Position numbers and translations under genes: made by a program. 64,000 nt of DNA from Pseudomonadota bacterium. GTDB lineage: Bacteria; Pseudomonadota; Alphaproteobacteria; UBA9655. How positions within the stretch are numbered: the stretch's first letter is position 1; the number at the start of each line of letters is the position of its first letter. Below the pieces are notes generated by a model. That model saw only the letters and a program-made list of their open reading frames with translations, had not been told where the DNA came from and did not search any database. The stretch spans positions 121,860 through 185,859 of the forward strand of contig JAFECQ010000006.1 of the NCBI GenBank assembly GCA_018242065.1, in the 5' to 3' direction. Shown piece after piece: positions 59,854 to 64,000 of the stretch.

Positions 59854-60522
59854 TTAAAAATCCAAATTCGTATAATGGGAGGGTGGTGCGAGACCTGGTA
59901 CAATGTCTGTTAAAATATCTCTGAAACTGGGCCGTGACTTTACGCGAGCGTACCATAACTTAGCTCCTGGATGCTTGTCCCAAGGAATGTCGCCTAGATA
60001 GTCAATACACGACAAATGAGCTGCGGCAGTGATATCGGCGAGTGAAAAAGCACTACCACTCAGCCAATTTCGTCGGTCACAGAGCCAAGAGATATACTCC
60101 AGATGATCGTGAATATTTGCATTACCAATACGAATGGCAGCTGAATCTGGACCCCCTTGCCCCATTTTACGTCGAAGAACTTTTTCATAAACGAGGTTAT
60201 GTGTGACTTCACTGTTAAATTTTTCATCGAACCAGGCTACAAGTCTTCGCACCTCTGCGCGTTGTGTTAAGAGGCTTCCAATAAGTGATGGCTCGAGATA
60301 AGCCTCTTCCAAAAATTCTGAAATTGGATAAGCGTTAGAGATATTTTTTCCGTCATCGTCAACAAGAACAGGTGGAAGTCCTTCGGGGTTGAGCTGCAAA
60401 AAACTAGAACTAGGTTCCCATGGTTTAATAAGCACTAAGTCAAAAGCAAGTTTTTTTTCTGCAAGCAGTAGTCGAATTTTTCTTGAAAAAGGGCACAGCC
60501 AATAATGATAAAGTGTCCGCAT
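59854..60522 (-). CDS. Glutathione S-transferase family protein
   Basis: Start taken at ATG 60522 (MRTLYHYWLCPFSRKIRLLLAEKK), a thioredoxin-like GST N-terminal domain, followed by an alpha-helical C-domain. The ORF-track start at 60624 would overlap the divergent uppP. Confidence 0.78.
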   Translation of the reverse strand: MRTLYHYWLCPFSRKIRLLLAEKKLAFDLVLIKPWEPSSSFLQLNPEGLPPVLVDDDGKNISNAYPISEFLEEAYLEPSLIGSLLTQRAEVRRLVAWFDEKFNSEVTHNLVYEKVLRRKMGQGGPDSAAIRIGNANIHDHLEYISWLCDRRNWLSGSAFSLADITAAAHLSCIDYLGDIPWDKHPGAKLWYARVKSRPSFRDILTDIVPGLAPPSHYTNLDF

Positions 60523-60593
60523 AAACGATATATTCCTTGGACTAATTAAAGTTTTGTGATATTTAAGCACAACTTCTACCATAATGTGGCCCC

Positions 60594-61418
60594 ATGACTC
60601 TAGAGCAAATCTTACTTCTTTCATTTATCCAGGGTGTTACTGAATTTCTTCCTGTCAGCTCTTCTGGGCATTTGGTACTGGTGCCGGCCTTGTGTGGTTG
60701 GCGAGACCAAGGATTAATAATCGATGTCGCTGCCCACATCGGGACCTTAGGATCAGTACTCATTTATTTTCATAAAGATGTTATTTCTCTTTTTAAGGGG
60801 TCATTTTCCCTCTTACGGGGACAATTTAACGAAAATACCCAACTGCTCCTTAACTTGGTCATTGCGACAATTCCGGTTGTTTTGTTAGGACTTATATTTG
60901 AAAAAATAGTTGGGGGTTCTTTAAGAAGTGTAACACTCATTGCTTGGGTTGGCATTGTATTTGGAATCATCCTTTATATGGCCGATAAATATGGAAATCT
61001 TATTGAAAGCATTAGAGATACAAATTTAAAACGTGCTTTTGTTTTTGGTCTTGCTCAATGTATGGCTCTTATAAATGGCGTTAGTCGGTCAGGAGCGTGC
61101 CTTACAGCAGGACGATTGATGAATTATAAAAGGACGGATGCGGCGCGCTTTGCTTTTTTGATGTCAATTCCAACCATCACAGCAGCTGGGACATTGAAAG
61201 GATATCAACTCATTAAGTCTGATGATCTTTCTATGCTTAATGATGCCATTTTAATGGTTTTCTTCTCATTTGTTTTTGGCTTGGGGGCTATTTCTTTTAT
61301 GATGTATTGGCTTCAAAAGGCAACACTCACCCCTTTTGTGATTTATCGAATATGCTTAGGAATTTTACTGCTCGTGAGTGTTTATGCAGGATTTTTGAAC
61401 CCTATAACTTGTAATTAA
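60594..61418 (+). CDS. uppP: Undecaprenyl-diphosphate phosphatase
   Basis: 274 aa polytopic membrane protein with BacA motifs GVTEFLPVSSSGHL and GVSRSGA. Confidence 0.92.
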   Translation: MTLEQILLLSFIQGVTEFLPVSSSGHLVLVPALCGWRDQGLIIDVAAHIGTLGSVLIYFHKDVISLFKGSFSLLRGQFNENTQLLLNLVIATIPVVLLGLIFEKIVGGSLRSVTLIAWVGIVFGIILYMADKYGNLIESIRDTNLKRAFVFGLAQCMALINGVSRSGACLTAGRLMNYKRTDAARFAFLMSIPTITAAGTLKGYQLIKSDDLSMLNDAILMVFFSFVFGLGAISFMMYWLQKATLTPFVIYRICLGILLLVSVYAGFLNPITCN

Positions 61419-61987
61419 TCTAAACTAACCTCTATTTTTTTACTCTTCGTAAGCATATAATCCATCATAATCTCATGAGCGAGAAACTTCATAGCTTCAA
61501 AAGGTGTTGCTTTCCTTGCGTCTAATTTAACGGTCTCTTCAAAATCGGGGATTGCAGGAGGTTTATTTTTACCCTTATATATACTTATCTTCATGACATA
61601 CTCTGGATGGGTATCCTCTGCTTTTCTATCATAAGTAATGCCATTCACTTTTAAAGTCTCATTTTTGAGAGAAGAGTTGCTTGGCTGTTTGATCTTGTAA
61701 TCAAGCAGGATCAAGCGAATTTCTTTTGCTTTGGCTGGTTCTTTATGGAAGTTCAGATCGTAATGAATCACATGGGAGATTATGTTAGAGTCAACATCTT
61801 TCATAGCAAGCGCGTCGTCTGAGAGTAAGACTGTAATCCATGGCCACGGAGCTATCGTTTGATGAAAAAAATTCATGCCTTCCTGATCTAGAGCTCTCAC
61901 TAATTTAACCTCAACAGGCCGTTTTTTCTGAGAAGAGGAGCAGCCACACAGGATGCAACAAACCATAATACCTATTATTTTTTTCAC
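61415..61987 (-). CDS. Hypothetical lipoprotein (190 aa)
   Basis: GTG start at 61987 with AGAGGGAG just upstream. Signal peptide plus lipobox (IMVCCILCGC SSS). I do not recognise a family. Convergent 4-nt overlap with uppP. Confidence 0.55.
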   Translation of the reverse strand: MKKIIGIMVCCILCGCSSSQKKRPVEVKLVRALDQEGMNFFHQTIAPWPWITVLLSDDALAMKDVDSNIISHVIHYDLNFHKEPAKAKEIRLILLDYKIKQPSNSSLKNETLKVNGITYDRKAEDTHPEYVMKISIYKGKNKPPAIPDFEETVKLDARKATPFEAMKFLAHEIMMDYMLTKSKKIEVSLD

Positions 61988-62093
61988 GACTCCCTCTTTT
62001 TTTATTCATAATTTGATTCAGTATGCCAGAGAGTGCAAAAAACACCAAGAGATTAATGAATATCTATAGTTTAACAAACTTTAGCATGGGCAC

Positions 62094-64000
62094 TTATTTA
62101 ACTTTTGTCCAAATTTTTTTCATTAAAAAATATAATAAAATAGTAAATACAATGAAATAAATAAGAACATTATAGCCCACTTTTTTTCTTTCTTCGAGCT
62201 CAGGTTCGGCAGCCCAAGCTAAAAACGTAACAACATCTTTCGCCATTTGATTAAGAGAAGGCTGAGATCCATCACCATAAGTAACGATTCCTTCGGAAAG
62301 AGGAGGCGTCATTGCAATTTGTCCACCAGGAAAATAAGGGTTATAGTGCATTCCTTCTGCTATTTGAACCTCTTTTGGAGGGGTTGTTTCATATCCTGTT
62401 AAAAGAGCGTAAATATAGTCAGGTCCTCCCACGCGTGCTTTTGTAATAAGAGAGAGATCTGGAGGAAGCGCGCCGTTATTAGCTGCCCGGGCTGCTTGTT
62501 CATTTTTATATGGGCCCGACAATACATCTATCGCAAGAGCAGGCTTTTGCACTGTTTGTCCCTCATCATCAATGACGTCAACTTTATATTCAGCGGCGAT
62601 GGCTTTGATCTCTTCAGCATTATATCCTAAAGCAGCTAAGTCTCTAAACCTTACATGCTTTAAGCCATGACATGCGGCACAAACTTGTTGATAAATTTGA
62701 AAACCATGTTGAAGCGCGGTCCGATCGTACGTTCCAAAAGGACCTTGGAAAGACCAGCTCTCACGTGGCAAAGGGAGAGAGTCCGTTCCATACACTGGGC
62801 TTACGTTTCCTAAAAAGAATAAAATAAATAGGCTTTTAAGTTTATCGTGAGATTTATGCTGTAAGACGGGCTCGCTTAAGCTTTTTGGTAAGGATTTTAT
62901 TTTTTCATATATTCCTAAGATTGGCAAAACCAAAAGAAAGAAAAGAAAATAGAGAAATGTTGTTAATTGACCTAAAGTTTGATTAGAGAGCCCCCCTAAA
63001 TTAGTGTAAATATAATCGGGTGAGTGTGCCCCAACGCATCCTAAGATGAAACAATCCACGACAAAGCCCCAGAAAACCCACTTATAGATGGGCCTAAAAG
63101 TCGCGCTTCGTACTTTCGAGGTATCGAGCCATGGAATAAAAAAAAGAATAAATACAGCACCGAACATGGCAATAACACCAAAAAGCTTATTCGGAATGGA
63201 TCGCAAAATGGCATAAAAAGGAAGAAAATACCATTCAGGAACAATGTGTGGCGGAGTTACCAATGGGTTTGCTGGGATATAATTGTCAGGTTCACCGAAA
63301 AAGTTTGGGTTAAAGAAGACAAAATAAGCCCAAACAAACCCGAAAATTCCGAGTCCAAATAAATCCTTTACAGTGTAATAAGGGTGAAACGGAATACTGT
63401 CTCGTGGTTCTTTTCGCTCAATCCCAAGGGGATTATTTGAACCATGTTGGTGAAGTGCAACCAAATGAAGGACGATAACCCCTACAATGAGGAATGGAAA
63501 GAGATAGTGTAGAGCAAAAAAGCGGTTTAAAGTTGGATTATCAACAGAAAACCCTCCCCACAGCCATTGCACAATGGATTCACCAAAAGGGAAAACCGAG
63601 AATAGATTTGTAATGACAGTTGCTCCCCAGTAACTCATTTGTCCCCAAGGCAGAACATATCCCATAAAAGCAGTTGCCATCATAAGAAGTAAAATAATAA
63701 CGCCAAGCATCCATAAAAGTTCTCTCGGAGCTTTATACGAACCATAATAAAGGCCCCGGAACATATGAATGTAGACAACGATAAAGAACATGGTTGCGCC
63801 ATTGGCATGAAGATAGCGCATAAGCCAACCATAATTAACATTACGCATAATGTATTCGACACTATCAAATGCAGATTTTGTATTGGGTTCATAGTGCATA
63901 GCAAGAAAGATTCCAGAGACAATCATCACTACTAAAGTGATTCCTGCAAGAGAACCAAAATTCCACCAATAGTTTAAGTTTTTTGGTGTTGGATATTCTC
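62094..64000 (-). CDS. fbcH: Fused cytochrome b / cytochrome c1 of the bc1 complex (5' end beyond the right edge)
   Basis: The frame stays open upstream of the ORF-track GTG at 63929 to the window end (...[36 protein letters not shown]). Cytochrome b motifs are [21 protein letters not shown] and [16 protein letters not shown] signal-like segment follows in the same frame ([19 protein letters not shown]). The cytochrome c1 part then has CAACHG and a C-terminal TM anchor. Confidence 0.88.
   Translation of the reverse strand, partial: EYPTPKNLNYWWNFGSLAGITLVVMIVSGIFLAMHYEPNTKSAFDSVEYIMRNVNYGWLMRYLHANGATMFFIVVYIHMFRGLYYGSYKAPRELLWMLGVIILLLMMATAFMGYVLPWGQMSYWGATVITNLFSVFPFGESIVQWLWGGFSVDNPTLNRFFALHYLFPFLIVGVIVLHLVALHQHGSNNPLGIERKEPRDSIPFHPYYTVKDLFGLGIFGFVWAYFVFFNPNFFGEPDNYIPANPLVTPPHIVPEWYFLPFYAILRSIPNKLFGVIAMFGAVFILFFIPWLDTSKVRSATFRPIYKWVFWGFVVDCFILGCVGAHSPDYIYTNLGGLSNQTLGQLTTFLYFLFFLLVLPILGIYEKIKSLPKSLSEPVLQHKSHDKLKSLFILFFLGNVSPVYGTDSLPLPRESWSFQGPFGTYDRTALQHGFQIYQQVCAACHGLKHVRFRDLAALGYNAEEIKAIAAEYKVDVIDDEGQTVQKPALAIDVLSGPYKNEQAARAANNGALPPDLSLITKARVGGPDYIYALLTGYETTPPKEVQIAEGMHYNPYFPGGQIAMTPPLSEGIVTYGDGSQPSLNQMAKDVVTFLAWAAEPELEERKKVGYNVLIYFIVFTILLYFLMKKIWTKVK

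Noticed and set aside
60523-60624. Longer GST N-terminus from 60624 overlapping the uppP start.
   Set aside because: The GST thioredoxin-like fold starts at MRTLYHYWLCPFS (ATG 60522). The extension has no GST similarity and would overlap the divergent uppP coding region.

Overview
This is an AT-rich (about 40% GC by eye, not computed), very gene-dense chromosomal segment. All calls come from reading the supplied translations and the DNA; no database search was run. Gene content and order point to a small-genome alphaproteobacterium, possibly a Rickettsiales/Holosporales-like intracellular symbiont (inference). The main blocks are pstS-pstC-orf78-pstA-pstB-phoU-tyrS, ispB/ubiH-like, a contiguous ccmABCDE-ccmF::ccmH cluster, and fbaB-efp-suhB. 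They continue with lolCD, radC-map-sfsA-serC, mdh-sucCDAB-lpdA, dapDE-accD, polA, ihfB, rocF-rocD and upp. The last blocks are ftsB, accA, xerD, a complete divergent Mla locus, recG, recJ, uppP and a fused cytochrome b/c1 gene that runs off the right edge. I call about 65 protein genes. I saw no rRNA, tRNA or CRISPR array. Genes are often translationally coupled through ATGA or TAATG overlaps. The only clearly accessory stretch is about 30.1-32.9 kb. It holds an 818-bp degraded IS982-like element with perfect 20-bp terminal inverted repeats, a second transposase C-terminal remnant, and two orphan secreted-protein genes with strong ribosome-binding sites. I found no convincing multi-gene novel system such as defence, secretion or a retroelement. 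The best leads are a 78-codon membrane ORF wedged between pstC and pstA and three in-frame fusions (ccmF::ccmH, A24 prepilin peptidase::carboxylesterase, cytochrome b::c1), plus several orphan exported proteins (438 aa, about 185 aa, 131 aa, 70 aa, and a 190-aa lipoprotein). The ccmF::ccmH and A24::esterase junctions sit beside homopolymer runs. Two small genes missing from the ORF track were recovered by hand: ccmD and the 5' end of tyrS. Several ORF-track N-termini use GTG/TTG extensions and were trimmed to better-supported ATG starts.
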